Assembly (NCBI GenBank): GCA_945906755.1
Contig: CAMDRJ010000003.1
Location: 1 to 51,054 of the forward strand
Source: Klebsiella pneumoniae
GTDB lineage: Bacteria; Pseudomonadota; Gammaproteobacteria; Burkholderiales; SG8-39
DNA length: 51,054 nucleotides
Direction: 5' to 3'
Shown piece after piece: positions 18,487-28,628 of this stretch (the first letter of the stretch is position 1; each line of letters begins with the position of its first letter). Position numbers and translations under genes: made by a program. The notes beneath the pieces were generated by a model. The model was not told the DNA's origin. It saw nothing but the letters and a program-made list of their open reading frames with translations, and did not search any database.

Positions 18487-19989
18487 GTGGAAGCCATTCT
18501 CGCCAACATCGGGCACGGCCTTGCGATCGCGCTGACACCCGGCAATCTTATGCTGTGCCTGGCGGGCTGCCTGCTTGGCACCTTGATCGGCGTCCTGCCC
18601 GGCATCGGCCCCACTGCGACCGTGGCGATGCTGATGCCGATTACGTTCTGGTTGCCCCCGACCGGCGCGCTCATCATGCTAGCCGGCGTGTTTTACGGCT
18701 CGCAGTATGGCGGCTCAACCACCGCGATCCTGGTCAACTTGCCCGGCGAATCATCATCAGTCGTAACCTGTCTGGACGGCCATGCGATGGCCCGCCAAGG
18801 GCGGGCGGGCGCAGCGCTCGCGATCGCCGCCCTCGCATCGCTGTTTGCCGGAACGATGACCACGTTCGCGATTGCATTCGGCGGACCCGCGATCGCCGGT
18901 ATCGCGCTGCTGTTTCAGTCAGCAGACTATGTGGCGGTCATGGTGTTGGGCTTGGTGGCGGCGGTCGTACTCGCGCACGGCTCGCTTCTGAAAGCGATCG
19001 CTATGGTCGTGCTCGGCATTTTCCTTGGACTGGTCGGCACCGACGTCACGACCGGCGAACAACGCTACACGTTCGGCGTCTCCGATCTGTTCGATGGCAT
19101 CGGCTTCGTCCCGATTGCGATGGGAATGTTTGGCCTAGCGGAGATCATGCTCAATCTCGAATCCCGCACCGGTACGAGCGCAATCGCCAAGCTCACCGAT
19201 CGGCTGTGGCCAAGCCGCGCAGATTTTCGGCGTGCTACCCCCGCCGCGGCGCGCGGCACGCTGCTTGGCATCGTGCTTGGCATTCTTCCCGGCGGCGGTT
19301 CAACGATTCCATCGTTCGCTGCGTATAGCCTAGAAAAGAAACTCGCGCGTGACCCATCGCGATTCGGCAAAGGCGCGGTCGAAGGCGTCGCGGCGCCCGA
19401 AGCGGCCAACAATGCAGGCGCCCAAGCGGGCTTCATCCCGATGCTCGCGCTCGGCATTCCACCGAACGCGATCATGGCGCTCATGATCGGGGCAATGATG
19501 ATTCACGGCATCCAACCCGGACCGCAAATCATCGAGAAGCAACCCGATCTGTTCTGGGGATTGGTGGCGAGCATGTGGATTGGCAATGTAATGCTGGTGA
19601 TCCTGAACCTGCCACTCATCAGCATCTGGGTGCGACTACTCTCGATTCCCTATGCATATCTGTTTCCGGCGATTATTGTGTTTTGCTGTATCGGCGTCTA
19701 CAGCATCAAGAACAGCGCAATGGAAGTCGTGTTCATGGCCGTGTTTGGGATCGTTGGCTATCTGCTTCGCAAACTCCGCTGCGAGCCCGCGCCGCTACTG
19801 CTTGGCTTGATCCTGGGACCACTGCTTGAGGAAAATTTTCGGCGGGCCATGATGGTTTCTGGCGGTGATCTTGCCGTGTTCATCACGCGCCCGATCAGCG
19901 CCGGGCTCCTCGTGGCGTCGATGGTCCTGCTCGCCGCGGTCATCGTGCCGGGGGTCCGCAGCATGCGCAGCAAAGTGAATGAACATTGA
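18487..19989 (+). CDS. tctA: Tripartite tricarboxylate transporter TctA
   Basis: GVLPGIG, YGGSTTAIL, NLPGE, APEAANNA and LGIP motifs; GTG start inferred. Confidence 0.92.
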   Translation: MEAILANIGHGLAIALTPGNLMLCLAGCLLGTLIGVLPGIGPTATVAMLMPITFWLPPTGALIMLAGVFYGSQYGGSTTAILVNLPGESSSVVTCLDGHAMARQGRAGAALAIAALASLFAGTMTTFAIAFGGPAIAGIALLFQSADYVAVMVLGLVAAVVLAHGSLLKAIAMVVLGIFLGLVGTDVTTGEQRYTFGVSDLFDGIGFVPIAMGMFGLAEIMLNLESRTGTSAIAKLTDRLWPSRADFRRATPAAARGTLLGIVLGILPGGGSTIPSFAAYSLEKKLARDPSRFGKGAVEGVAAPEAANNAGAQAGFIPMLALGIPPNAIMALMIGAMMIHGIQPGPQIIEKQPDLFWGLVASMWIGNVMLVILNLPLISIWVRLLSIPYAYLFPAIIVFCCIGVYSIKNSAMEVVFMAVFGIVGYLLRKLRCEPAPLLLGLILGPLLEENFRRAMMVSGGDLAVFITRPISAGLLVASMVLLAAVIVPGVRSMRSKVNEH

Positions 19990-20069
19990 CGTGACGGGTG
20001 TCGTTCGATAAGTTAAGCGCCGTCCCCGCGCCATTCCATCGCAGCGGGCAACGCTCAATCGGGGGAATC

Positions 20070-20693
20070 ATGAAATACCAAGAGCAACTGAAACGCATCT
20101 ACCCAACCCGCACTGCCATGATGAAGCGCGTGGCACGCTTTTCCAAGTTGAAAGGCTTTGACGGCGGACTGCCTGACAGCGATTTTCCCGGCGCGGAGCG
20201 GATTCTCTACAACGTGATTGGTTTTCAGCCGCCCAAGGGTGAAGGCGGCGGCATTCAATCACCGGTTGGGCCGCGCTCGGCACGCAACGCGGCGATCAAG
20301 ATTCGCGAAGGCTTCAATCTCGGCTTTGCGCGTGCCTTACCCGGCAAAGGGCCGATGATGCACAACCACGACACCAATGAAACCTTCATTTGCATGACCG
20401 GCAAATGGCGCGCGAACTGGATCGCGAAATCGAAGAAAGTTGAGCATGTCGATCTCAATCCGCTCGATACGATTTCATTTCCGCCCGGATGCATTCGCCG
20501 TTTCATGAACATCACCAAGGGACCGAAGAACAAGCATTCGATCCTGATGTTCGTGATCGGTGGTGATCAGCCGAAGGCGGAGTTCACCGCGGAGTCGATC
20601 GATGAACTGGCGGCAGCGGGGCTGTGGCCGGAAAAATCCAGCAAGCCGCAACCGAAGAAACGTGCCAGCGCCAAGAAGCGCGCGCGTGCCTGA
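20070..20693 (+). CDS. Cupin-domain protein
   Basis: GPMMHNHDTNETF (cupin motif 1) and DTISFPPGCIRRFMN (motif 2). Confidence 0.75.
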   Translation: MKYQEQLKRIYPTRTAMMKRVARFSKLKGFDGGLPDSDFPGAERILYNVIGFQPPKGEGGGIQSPVGPRSARNAAIKIREGFNLGFARALPGKGPMMHNHDTNETFICMTGKWRANWIAKSKKVEHVDLNPLDTISFPPGCIRRFMNITKGPKNKHSILMFVIGGDQPKAEFTAESIDELAAAGLWPEKSSKPQPKKRASAKKRARA

Positions 20694-21560
20694 TCAGGCA
20701 CGCCGATTCATTCGCGTTTCAAGCCATACAGCGACCAGGATGAGGGCGCCACCTGCCAGCGCGCGGGTGGTGACTTGCTCATCAAGAATCACCACGCCCC
20801 AAAAGACGCCGAACACCGGAATCAGGAAGGTCACATAGAGCGTCCGTACCGGGCCCACTTTTTCGAGCAGTTGAAAGTACATGACGTAGCCGAACACGCT
20901 TGCGAGGATAGAGAGCGCAACGGCAGCGCTAACCGCTGTCAACGTGATCGGCCCCGGGATTTCTACGATCGGCAGCAGCGGCGCGATGAGTAACGCCGAA
21001 TAAAGCTGCGAGGCCCCCGCCATTACGATCGGCGAAACCTTGGGGCCGTAGAGCTTGGTGACTATGCCGCCGAAGCCATAGCAAAACGCTGCGCCAAGTG
21101 CGGCAAACAACGCCCATAACGCATAGGGACTATCGGCCACCACCACGTCGCCGGCGAGCACCCATACGCCTATTGCTCCAACGATGATCGCGGCGATCCG
21201 CACGGCAGTTAGTCGATCACCAAATAAGAGCGCTGCCCCAATGGCGGCGTACAGCGGCGAGGTTGCATTGATGATGGCGTTGAGCCCCGCCGGCAAATGC
21301 ATCGCGGCAAACCCGTACAACGCAAATGGCACGGACGAGCCCACCGCACCAATCACAAAGTAGCGCCACGCATGTTGCTTGAGGCCGATCTGCTCGCGGG
21401 TCCATCGTGCGTAGACGTAGAGAATCACCCCGGCAACGACTAAGCGGATTTCCGCGGATAGGATTGCGCCGAGATTAGGCGCCGCAATTCGCAAGAACAT
21501 GAACGATGCGCCCCACAGGGCGGCGATCGTCACCATGCGAGCGAGATCAGCGGCTGACAT
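20694..21560 (-). CDS. DMT/EamA-family transporter
   Basis: ALWGASF, NATSP and FLIPVFGVFWG motifs; about 10 TM segments. Confidence 0.88.
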   Translation of the reverse strand: MSAADLARMVTIAALWGASFMFLRIAAPNLGAILSAEIRLVVAGVILYVYARWTREQIGLKQHAWRYFVIGAVGSSVPFALYGFAAMHLPAGLNAIINATSPLYAAIGAALLFGDRLTAVRIAAIIVGAIGVWVLAGDVVVADSPYALWALFAALGAAFCYGFGGIVTKLYGPKVSPIVMAGASQLYSALLIAPLLPIVEIPGPITLTAVSAAVALSILASVFGYVMYFQLLEKVGPVRTLYVTFLIPVFGVFWGVVILDEQVTTRALAGGALILVAVWLETRMNRRA

Positions 21561-21634
21561 GCAACCGGCTCATGACTTTTTTTACCGCAACCCGTGGCAT
21601 GATCGGGTGTCTGCAATCAGGGTGTTGCTTCGCG

Positions 21635-21865
21635 ATGGAATCGGCACGACCTCTCAAAATTCCGATTAAAGCTGTTCTCATCAACGTCGTTGGTGCGCTT
21701 GCTTGCGGGGTGGGGGTAAGCGGTCTGGCTGCCGCCGATGAGCGATTTGCGATGCATACGGCGATCGCTGTCGCCCTGATTATCGCGGGTATTGCAATGA
21801 TGGGTTATGCGATGGTGCGAATCCTATTGCGGATGCGCGCTACGTCACGCGATACAGAAAGTTAG
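21635..21865 (+). CDS. Small hypothetical membrane protein (2 TM)
   Basis: 76-aa ORF in an otherwise empty gap, with two clear hydrophobic helices. Confidence 0.5.
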   Translation: MESARPLKIPIKAVLINVVGALACGVGVSGLAAADERFAMHTAIAVALIIAGIAMMGYAMVRILLRMRATSRDTES

Positions 21866-21955
21866 GGAAACGCTGATTAAGCTATCTCGCGCAATCAGCG
21901 TGACCATATTTTTCGGGGAGTTACGAGGGGGCGAGCCCCCTTGTTCAATCATTCG

Positions 21956-22828
21956 TTAGGCGTCGATGGTGCCGTCGACGCAGGTCACCGCTGGCCCGCC
22001 AATGCGGACCAACTGCGGCGCGGCGAAGACCGATACATGGCCATCCCGCCCGATCTCCCGACCTTGTGATGTCGTGTAATTCGGCAGCAGGTCGGCAAAC
22101 TGCGGATGATGCGCAAGGAACGCACCGACGCAGGCATTGCCGCTGCCGCAGACCGGATCTTCCGGGACACCATGCGCCGGTGCGAAGGCGCGCACTTTCA
22201 GCGCGTCGCGATTGCCTTTTGGCAGACGCGCGAACACGGTCACGCCACCGACATTGAGGGCATTGCTGAAGGCGGTCATCGCGACCAGATCAGGCGATAG
22301 TTTGGCGATCGTTGCTTCATCTTTGAGTTGCACGATCACCCAGACCGCTCCAACGCTGACAATTTGCGGCGGCGCGCTGGCCTCAAAGTCAGCGCGCAAC
22401 AGGCTGCGTAGCGTTTGATGGTGTTCGACTGGAAGGGGTCGTAGTGTTGGCGTCGGCACCTGTACGAAGATATGTTGTTCGCCATCCACGCGCTCCACGG
22501 CGAGTGGCAGGCATCCCGCCGCGCACTCTTGGACCAATGCCGTCTTGCCGCGCGCGACGATGCCCGCTTCGATCACAGCATGGGCCGTGCCGATCGTGGG
22601 GTGCCCGGCGAAGGGCAACTCCGCGCCCGGCGTAAAGATGCGCACACGATAGTCGGCGCCTGGCTGCGTGGGCGGCAGTACGAACGTCGATTCCGACAGA
22701 TTGGTCCATTGCGCAATCCGCTGCATGTCTTCGGTCGCCAACCCCTGGGCATCGAGCACCACCGCCACCGGGTTGCCCCGATATGCAACGGCGGTGAAGA
22801 CATCTACTTGTTTGAAGCGACGTTTCAT
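21956..22828 (-). CDS. PhzF-family phenazine biosynthesis-like isomerase
   Basis: QVDVF...GNP, NLSESTF, RIFTP.AELPFAGHPT and EDPVCGSG motifs. Confidence 0.92.
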   Translation of the reverse strand: MKRRFKQVDVFTAVAYRGNPVAVVLDAQGLATEDMQRIAQWTNLSESTFVLPPTQPGADYRVRIFTPGAELPFAGHPTIGTAHAVIEAGIVARGKTALVQECAAGCLPLAVERVDGEQHIFVQVPTPTLRPLPVEHHQTLRSLLRADFEASAPPQIVSVGAVWVIVQLKDEATIAKLSPDLVAMTAFSNALNVGGVTVFARLPKGNRDALKVRAFAPAHGVPEDPVCGSGNACVGAFLAHHPQFADLLPNYTTSQGREIGRDGHVSVFAAPQLVRIGGPAVTCVDGTIDA

Positions 22829-23529
22829 TTGCGCGGCTCCTTCCCGGCGACGAGGCGTTCGAGCACTTCATCGACGGTGAGCACATCGCCGAATTGCTGG
22901 ATCACGTTCTCCAATGTGCTGCGATGCTCATCATCGGACAATGCCGCCATGCAATCACTCACCATGACCACATTGAAGTCGAGCATCATCGCATCCCGTG
23001 CGGTGGACTCGCAGCACACATTGGTCTTGGTTCCCGCGATCAGCAGCGTTTCAATGCCACGCCCACGCAGCACGCGCTCGAGTTGGGAAGAGCCTGCGAT
23101 CAAGGCGCTATAGCGGTTCTTGAACAGACGCAGATCAGACGGATCGGCCGCCATCTCGGACCAAAGCTGCTGGCCTGCTGCGTTAGGCGACAGGCCCGCG
23201 ACGGTCTTGCTGCGCACCTCGGCGGCAACGAAGCGATCGAAGAATCCAGGCCAATCGCTTGCGCCATCGCGGCTATCGTTGGCATGCATCACCCAGACGA
23301 CTGCCCCGCCTCGTGCACGCATTTCGCGCGCTAGACGATTGATCGCCGGGACGATCCCGCGCGCCGCCGGTACTTCGGCGGGCGCGCCTGGCGCGACGAA
23401 GGTCGCCTGCATATCGATCACCACGAACGCCGTTTTACGCGCATCGATACGATCAAAGAGATGCAATTGGCCGCGACGAGCGATGACCCGGTCGATGATT
23501 TCCGGCCGGATCGCGACGGGATGCGTCAT
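22825..23529 (-). CDS. Isochorismatase-family cysteine hydrolase (RutB/NicF-like)
   Basis: VVIDMQ, KNRYSA and TNVCCESTARDA (Asp-Lys-Cys triad). Confidence 0.88.
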   Translation of the reverse strand: MTHPVAIRPEIIDRVIARRGQLHLFDRIDARKTAFVVIDMQATFVAPGAPAEVPAARGIVPAINRLAREMRARGGAVVWVMHANDSRDGASDWPGFFDRFVAAEVRSKTVAGLSPNAAGQQLWSEMAADPSDLRLFKNRYSALIAGSSQLERVLRGRGIETLLIAGTKTNVCCESTARDAMMLDFNVVMVSDCMAALSDDEHRSTLENVIQQFGDVLTVDEVLERLVAGKEPRK

Positions 23530-24488
23530 CGGTCGGCAACCCGCAAGATGCCAAGGCGCTGCTGCACCGGTGCATCGGTGACGCGAAACAGCACAGCATC
23601 CTCATGCACTTCATGATGATGCGCGCGCCAGCCGGGTGCAACGATCACATCACCTCTTGCCCATTCGAACCGCTCACCATCCACTTCGGTTGCGCCATGC
23701 CCGCGCAAGACGCCATAGACGTTGTTCGCGGTGGTACGCAGCGATTGCGTCTTGCGTCCTTTCGCGATGCGCTGATAGTAAAGACCCAAGGTCTCCATCG
23801 CCGGCTCGCCCAATTCGATCTGATGGCCGAACTGCGGCGTGTCAGCGGCGGTCGCGAGGCGTTTTTCAGAATCGGCCCACTTGAATACGAAGGGCGATTG
23901 CTGCGGCTTGGCATGCACCGGCTCATATTGCTTGGGATAGTGCTCGAAGAACATCGGCTCCAGCAACTGCACGAGTGGCACATCCAGAAAATCGAGCCAG
24001 TAGGCCGGTGCTTTGCCTTCGTTATTATGGCCATGCCAGCACCAGTTGGGCGTGAGGAGCACATCGCCAGGCAGCATCTCAAGCGCCTCGCCATTGACCA
24101 CGGTGTACATGCCGGGTTCGGCGTCTAGCACGAACCGCAGTGCATTCGGTACATGTCGATGCGAGCGCGCGATCTCACCGGGCAGCACCATCTGGTAAGC
24201 ACTAATGATGGTGCGCGCGGTGGCGTACTGGCTGCCATCGACCGGATTGAACAGAATCAAATTACGCCGCTCAGCGAGCGAAGTATCGATCAGGCGCCCC
24301 GCTGCATCGAGTGCTGCCTTCGCCTGCGTATAGCGCCAATGGAACGGCACGAAGTTCTTCTTTGGCTCTGGCCAGAGCGACGGCGTCGGACGATGCCAAC
24401 CACAGGTGATGTTGAGATCGCTCATCATCGGATAGAGATGGTCCAGCGTCGCCACGCTGGCGAGTTCTGCGGGGGCGGGATGTCCCAT
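23526..24488 (-). CDS. Cupin ring-cleaving dioxygenase (gentisate 1,2-dioxygenase-like)
   Basis: AERRNL, RSHRH, TPNWCWHGH and WLDFLDVP motifs. Confidence 0.85.
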   Translation of the reverse strand: MGHPAPAELASVATLDHLYPMMSDLNITCGWHRPTPSLWPEPKKNFVPFHWRYTQAKAALDAAGRLIDTSLAERRNLILFNPVDGSQYATARTIISAYQMVLPGEIARSHRHVPNALRFVLDAEPGMYTVVNGEALEMLPGDVLLTPNWCWHGHNNEGKAPAYWLDFLDVPLVQLLEPMFFEHYPKQYEPVHAKPQQSPFVFKWADSEKRLATAADTPQFGHQIELGEPAMETLGLYYQRIAKGRKTQSLRTTANNVYGVLRGHGATEVDGERFEWARGDVIVAPGWRAHHHEVHEDAVLFRVTDAPVQQRLGILRVADR

Positions 24489-24591
24489 GTGTGCTCCTGG
24501 TTGTTATTGAGCTTTTCATAGTGAATCACACTATTCAAGGGAACGCTCAATGTCCCCTCTCCCCAGCCCGCAGGGGGCGAGGGTGAGGTCA

Positions 24592-24620
24592 GTCCTGATT
24601 CGCTGTGCGCGAATCAGGAC
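24592..24620. repeat. Perfect 12-bp-stem palindrome (REP-like or terminator)
   Basis: GTCCTGATTCGC-TGTGC-GCGAATCAGGAC downstream of the SDR stop, preceded by a degenerate CCCCTCTCCC...GAGGG repeat. Confidence 0.5.
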
Positions 24621-24652
24621 GCGATCAACGCAGGAATGATAGATGGGCCCGA

Positions 24653-25402
24653 CTAAAGCGTCAGACCACCATCGATATGGATCGACTGCCCGGTAATGTA
24701 TGCGGCATCCGTCGACAATAAGTGGCAGACCGTCGCGGCGACATCATCAGGAAGCCCTAGCCTGCCAAGGGGTACTTGCGCAATCACGCGCTTCCATCCA
24801 TCCGCATCGAGCGCAGCATGGGCGCCCGGATCTTTCTGAATAAAGCCTGGCACCACGCAGTTGACGGTCACATTGTGCGGCGCGAATTGGATGGCCATCG
24901 ATCGAGCCAGTCCTTCGAGTCCGGCCTTGGCCGCCGCGGTGGCGGTAAAGACGGTGCCTTGCAGCTTGAACACATGCGCAACGAAGGAACTGACCGCGAC
25001 GATCCGCCCGCGCTTGGAAGCAATGAGCGAGGGTTGTGCGGCCTTTGAGAGTCGATAGAGGCCCTTCACCATGACATCGAGAGAAAGATCGAGGATCGCG
25101 TCGTCGAGATCAGCAAGCGGACGCTTGTCGGCGAAGCCGGCATTGGCAACCAGCCCGTCGAGACCGCCGAACCGCTTGACCGTCGCTGCTACTAAACCCG
25201 CTGGGATCGCCTCTGCACCGAGATCGCCGGTGATGACGAGCGTCTGCGCCCCTTTTGCCCGGCATGCGGCTGCGACCGCCTCAGCTTTGTCGCGTTGCGT
25301 GCCGGTGTGCACCGCGATGTTCGCGCCCGGCCCGGCCAGCCGGCGACAAATCGCTGCACCGATGCCGCTTGCGGCCCCGGTGACGAGGAAAGTCCCTTCC
25401 AT
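24653..25402 (-). CDS. SDR-family oxidoreductase
   Basis: TGAASGIG, ANAG, NCVVPG and YITGQ...DGG motifs; AGGAGG RBS. Confidence 0.88.
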   Translation of the reverse strand: MEGTFLVTGAASGIGAAICRRLAGPGANIAVHTGTQRDKAEAVAAACRAKGAQTLVITGDLGAEAIPAGLVAATVKRFGGLDGLVANAGFADKRPLADLDDAILDLSLDVMVKGLYRLSKAAQPSLIASKRGRIVAVSSFVAHVFKLQGTVFTATAAAKAGLEGLARSMAIQFAPHNVTVNCVVPGFIQKDPGAHAALDADGWKRVIAQVPLGRLGLPDDVAATVCHLLSTDAAYITGQSIHIDGGLTL

Positions 25403-25436
25403 GCTCAATGTCCTCCTGCGGGTGAGTACGCACGCA

Positions 25437-27122
25437 TCACGCCACCCATTCGCTGACTGGCGCCCGTGCGTCCTGCAACGGCTGCGTGATCACATCCACG
25501 AGCGTCGGCCCGCCGTACTCGGCAGCTTCTTTCAACACACTTCGCAATTTCATCGGATCGTCGACGCGCCAGCTCTTAATGCCAAACGCGGCGGCGACCT
25601 TGGCGTGATCAGTCGGTGAAAAATCGACCGAGTAGTAACGCCCGTCAAAGCCTGATTTTTGCCCGGCCTTGATCTAGCCATAGACAGAGTTAGATACCAC
25701 GACCATCATGACCGGCACCTTGTGACGAACGATGGTTTCCATCTCGCCGCAGGTGAAGCCGAAGCTGCCATCGCCCATAACGGCGACCGGTTTCGCGCTT
25801 GGCCGACCGAAGTACGCACCGACCGCCGCTGACATCGAGTAACCGAGCGCGCCATGCGCGCGATTGGAAAAGAACCAGCGGCCGGTGCGGCGAATTTCGT
25901 AATACGCCGAGAGATACGGGCAGGGTGTGCCGGGGTCGGCAACGACCACCGCGTCATCGGGCAATACCGCTTGCAGGTCGGCGACCAAGCGTTCCGGGCG
26001 GATCGGCGCATCACGACTCTCGGCCAGCGCTCGAAAGGCCGCGAATTTCTCCGCTTTCTTTGCGGCAACGAACGCGCGATCGAGCACTCGTGCGCGAGCA
26101 GGACGTGTATGGCGTTGTAATGCTTCATACAGGGCGATCAGCGTGAGCTTGGCATCGCCCACCATCGCGACGTCGGTCTGGTAGTTGGTTCCCGGCACCG
26201 CGGGGTCGGCATCCAGATGCACGATGCGTGCTTTGCCCGGCGTGGGGCTGCGCCAACGCTCGGTGGTGACTGATCCGGCGCGACAACCGATGAAGAACAC
26301 GCAATCTGCTGCATCGACGACATCGCGCGTGGGTCGCGTGCCGCCATTGGATCCAACCACGCCAACCCCAAGTGGATGCGTTTCCGGAATCGAGCCTTGT
26401 CCGCTGATCGTCGTGGCCACCGGACAGTCGAGCCATTCCGCAACCGCAAGCAGCGCTGCTTCCGCATTGGCGATCACCACGCCACCACCGCAAATGATGA
26501 GCGGGTTGGCGGCCATCGCAAGAAGCTTGGCCGCTTCCTTGATCGCCGCATCGTCAGCCGAAAAGCGGCGCGACGGATAGCTGCCAAGTGAAGCATCGGC
26601 CCATACCTCGCTCGCGACGACCGACTGTCGCTGCACATCAAACGGCAAGCCAAGATGGGCCGCGCCCGGGCGGTCACTGGTCATCGCGCTGAACGCCGTG
26701 CGGAACATGCGTGGGAGTTCGTCGGCACGCTGAATCACGGAGTTCCATTTGGTCAGCGGTCGAAACAGACCCTCCTGATCGAGCGCGGTCAGCGCGTATT
26801 TGCCGCGCGAGGTCGTTGAGATATCGGTGGTGATGGCAAGCACCGGGATCGATGATTCGTTGGCCTCCACCACACCCGGCAGGATGTAGGTTGCCCCGCC
26901 GCCCGATGGACCTTCGCAGACACCGACCTTTCCGGTGACGCGGGCGTAGCCATCGGCCATATACGCGGCGGATCGTTCATCGCGGGTCAGGATGTGTTGC
27001 ATGCCGTGATCGAGCCGATAGAGCGCATCGTAAAACGGCAGACTGGTATCGCCGCAGAGGCCGAAGATATGCTGCACGCCATGCGCTTGCAGCATGCGCA
27101 CGGTCGCTTCGCCACCCGTCAT
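25437..27122 (-). pseudogene. Thiamine pyrophosphate-binding enzyme (acetolactate synthase-like) with in-frame TAG at 25674-25676
   Basis: FGLCGD, RDERSA and GDGS...N motifs. The frame continues 78 codons past the TAG (IKAGQK...GPTLVDV...EWVA*). Confidence 0.85.
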
Positions 27123-27288
27123 CGTTGCGGTATTCGTAGCGGATGCCAAGTGTTCCGGTCGGTCTTGCTTCACAGGGGCGGTTCCAGAGGGGCAGAACAA
27201 GGAGTTTCCCCCTTCCTGGGTTGCTTTCGCAAGCCAAAAGCGTTCAGTGTAGAGTGGGCTTCGCACCTCGCAGCCCCACAGTCACAAC

Positions 27289-28554
27289 ATGAATTCATCC
27301 GATCAGGCACCGATCGTTATTGTCGGTGCGGGCATCGTCGGCTTATGCAGCGCGGCTTATCTGCAACAGGATGGCCGTAAAGTCATGCTCATCGATGCGG
27401 CAGGCCCAGGCGAAGGGGCGAGCTTCGGCAATGCCGGCTGCCTGAATGCCTCCTCGGTCGTGCCGATGTCGATGCCCGGGACGATCAAGCAGGTGCCCGG
27501 CTGGTTGATGGATCCGCTTGGGCCGCTTGCAATTCGCTGGTCGTATCTGCCTAGCGTGTTGCCTTGGCTACTGCGGTTTTGGCGCGCCGGGTCGATCGAG
27601 AATGTGCAGCGGCAAGCCAAAGCGCTGCGACCGCTGCTGGTCGACTCGATTGCGAATTATCTGCCGCTCGCCAAAGAGGCCGGCGTTGATCACCTGATTC
27701 ATCGCATCGGCCATCTATTCGCCTATTCTTCTGAGGAAGGCTATCGCAAGGATGAGACGGCGATGGCCCTTCGTTCGGCCCATGGCTCGGCCGTCACCAC
27801 GCTATCGGGCGACGAATTGCATGAACTGGAACCGGACCTCGGACCGCAATTCGTGAAGGCCCGCATCATTCGCGAGAATGGTCATTGCTCGAATCCCCAT
27901 GCACTTGCGCAGGGGCTCGCCAGGATGATCGAGCAGCGGGGCGGCATGATTCTGCGCGAGCGGGTGACGAATTTCGAGTCCATTGGCCGCGATGTCACCG
28001 CTGTCATCACCGAGCGCGGACGACACCCGGCTTCGCAGGTCGTACTGGCTGCCGGGGCATGGTCCAAAGAAATGGCCAAGCAGCTTGGCGATCGCGTTCC
28101 GCTCGATACCGAACGCGGCTACCACATCATGATTCGCGATGCGGAATCCGGGCCCCGTATCCCCACGATGTGGGCGGAAGGCAAGACGATCGCCACGGCA
28201 ATGGATGGCGGGCTCCGGTTCGCCGGCACCGTCGAATTTGCAGGTTTGGATGCGGCGCCGAATTGGGAGCGCGCTACGATGCAGATGCGGCTGGGCCAGA
28301 AGATGTATCCGCAGCTGGCCTCTAACTATCCGGAAGAACGGTTGACCCGTTGGATGGGCTTTCGGCCAAGCATGCCTGATTCCATCCCGGTGATCGGGCG
28401 GGCCTCAGGCTTTCGTAATGCGTTGCATGCGTTCGGGCATGGCCATGTCGGCTTGTGCGCGGGTTCCACCACCGGACGCGTGGTCGCCGACCTTGTTGCG
28501 GGTCGAGCGCCGTGCATCCCGATCGACGCTTTCTCGCCAAAGCGCTTCGCGTGA
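27289..28554 (+). CDS. FAD-dependent D-amino acid dehydrogenase-like oxidoreductase (DadA family)
   Basis: GAGIVG, ASFGNAG, ERGYH, WMGFRP and AFGHGHVG motifs. Confidence 0.88.
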   Translation: MNSSDQAPIVIVGAGIVGLCSAAYLQQDGRKVMLIDAAGPGEGASFGNAGCLNASSVVPMSMPGTIKQVPGWLMDPLGPLAIRWSYLPSVLPWLLRFWRAGSIENVQRQAKALRPLLVDSIANYLPLAKEAGVDHLIHRIGHLFAYSSEEGYRKDETAMALRSAHGSAVTTLSGDELHELEPDLGPQFVKARIIRENGHCSNPHALAQGLARMIEQRGGMILRERVTNFESIGRDVTAVITERGRHPASQVVLAAGAWSKEMAKQLGDRVPLDTERGYHIMIRDAESGPRIPTMWAEGKTIATAMDGGLRFAGTVEFAGLDAAPNWERATMQMRLGQKMYPQLASNYPEERLTRWMGFRPSMPDSIPVIGRASGFRNALHAFGHGHVGLCAGSTTGRVVADLVAGRAPCIPIDAFSPKRFA

Positions 28555-28564
28555 AGGGGTTGCG

Positions 28565-28593
28565 TTGCAACCGGCGCGGCGCGGATGTATAAA
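28565..28593 (+). promoter_or_regulatory. Putative sigma70 promoter
   Basis: TTGCAA, 17-bp spacer, TATAAA upstream of the VOC gene. Confidence 0.5.
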
Positions 28594-28628
28594 ACCCTGC
28601 CTGTCAATTGAATGGAGACGAAGCGGCT

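Noticed and set aside
21863-21957. Possible second MITE (ACGCTGATT...AATCAGCGT and AGGGGGC-GA-GCCCCCT hairpins)
   Set aside because: No matching terminal repeats or target duplication; simpler to read as terminator-like hairpins between convergent genes.
25674-25676. Genetic code change or pyrrolysine readthrough of TAG
   Set aside because: TAG ends many genes here at the expected position (for example 2511, 4939, 12728, 17977), and no pyl genes are visible.
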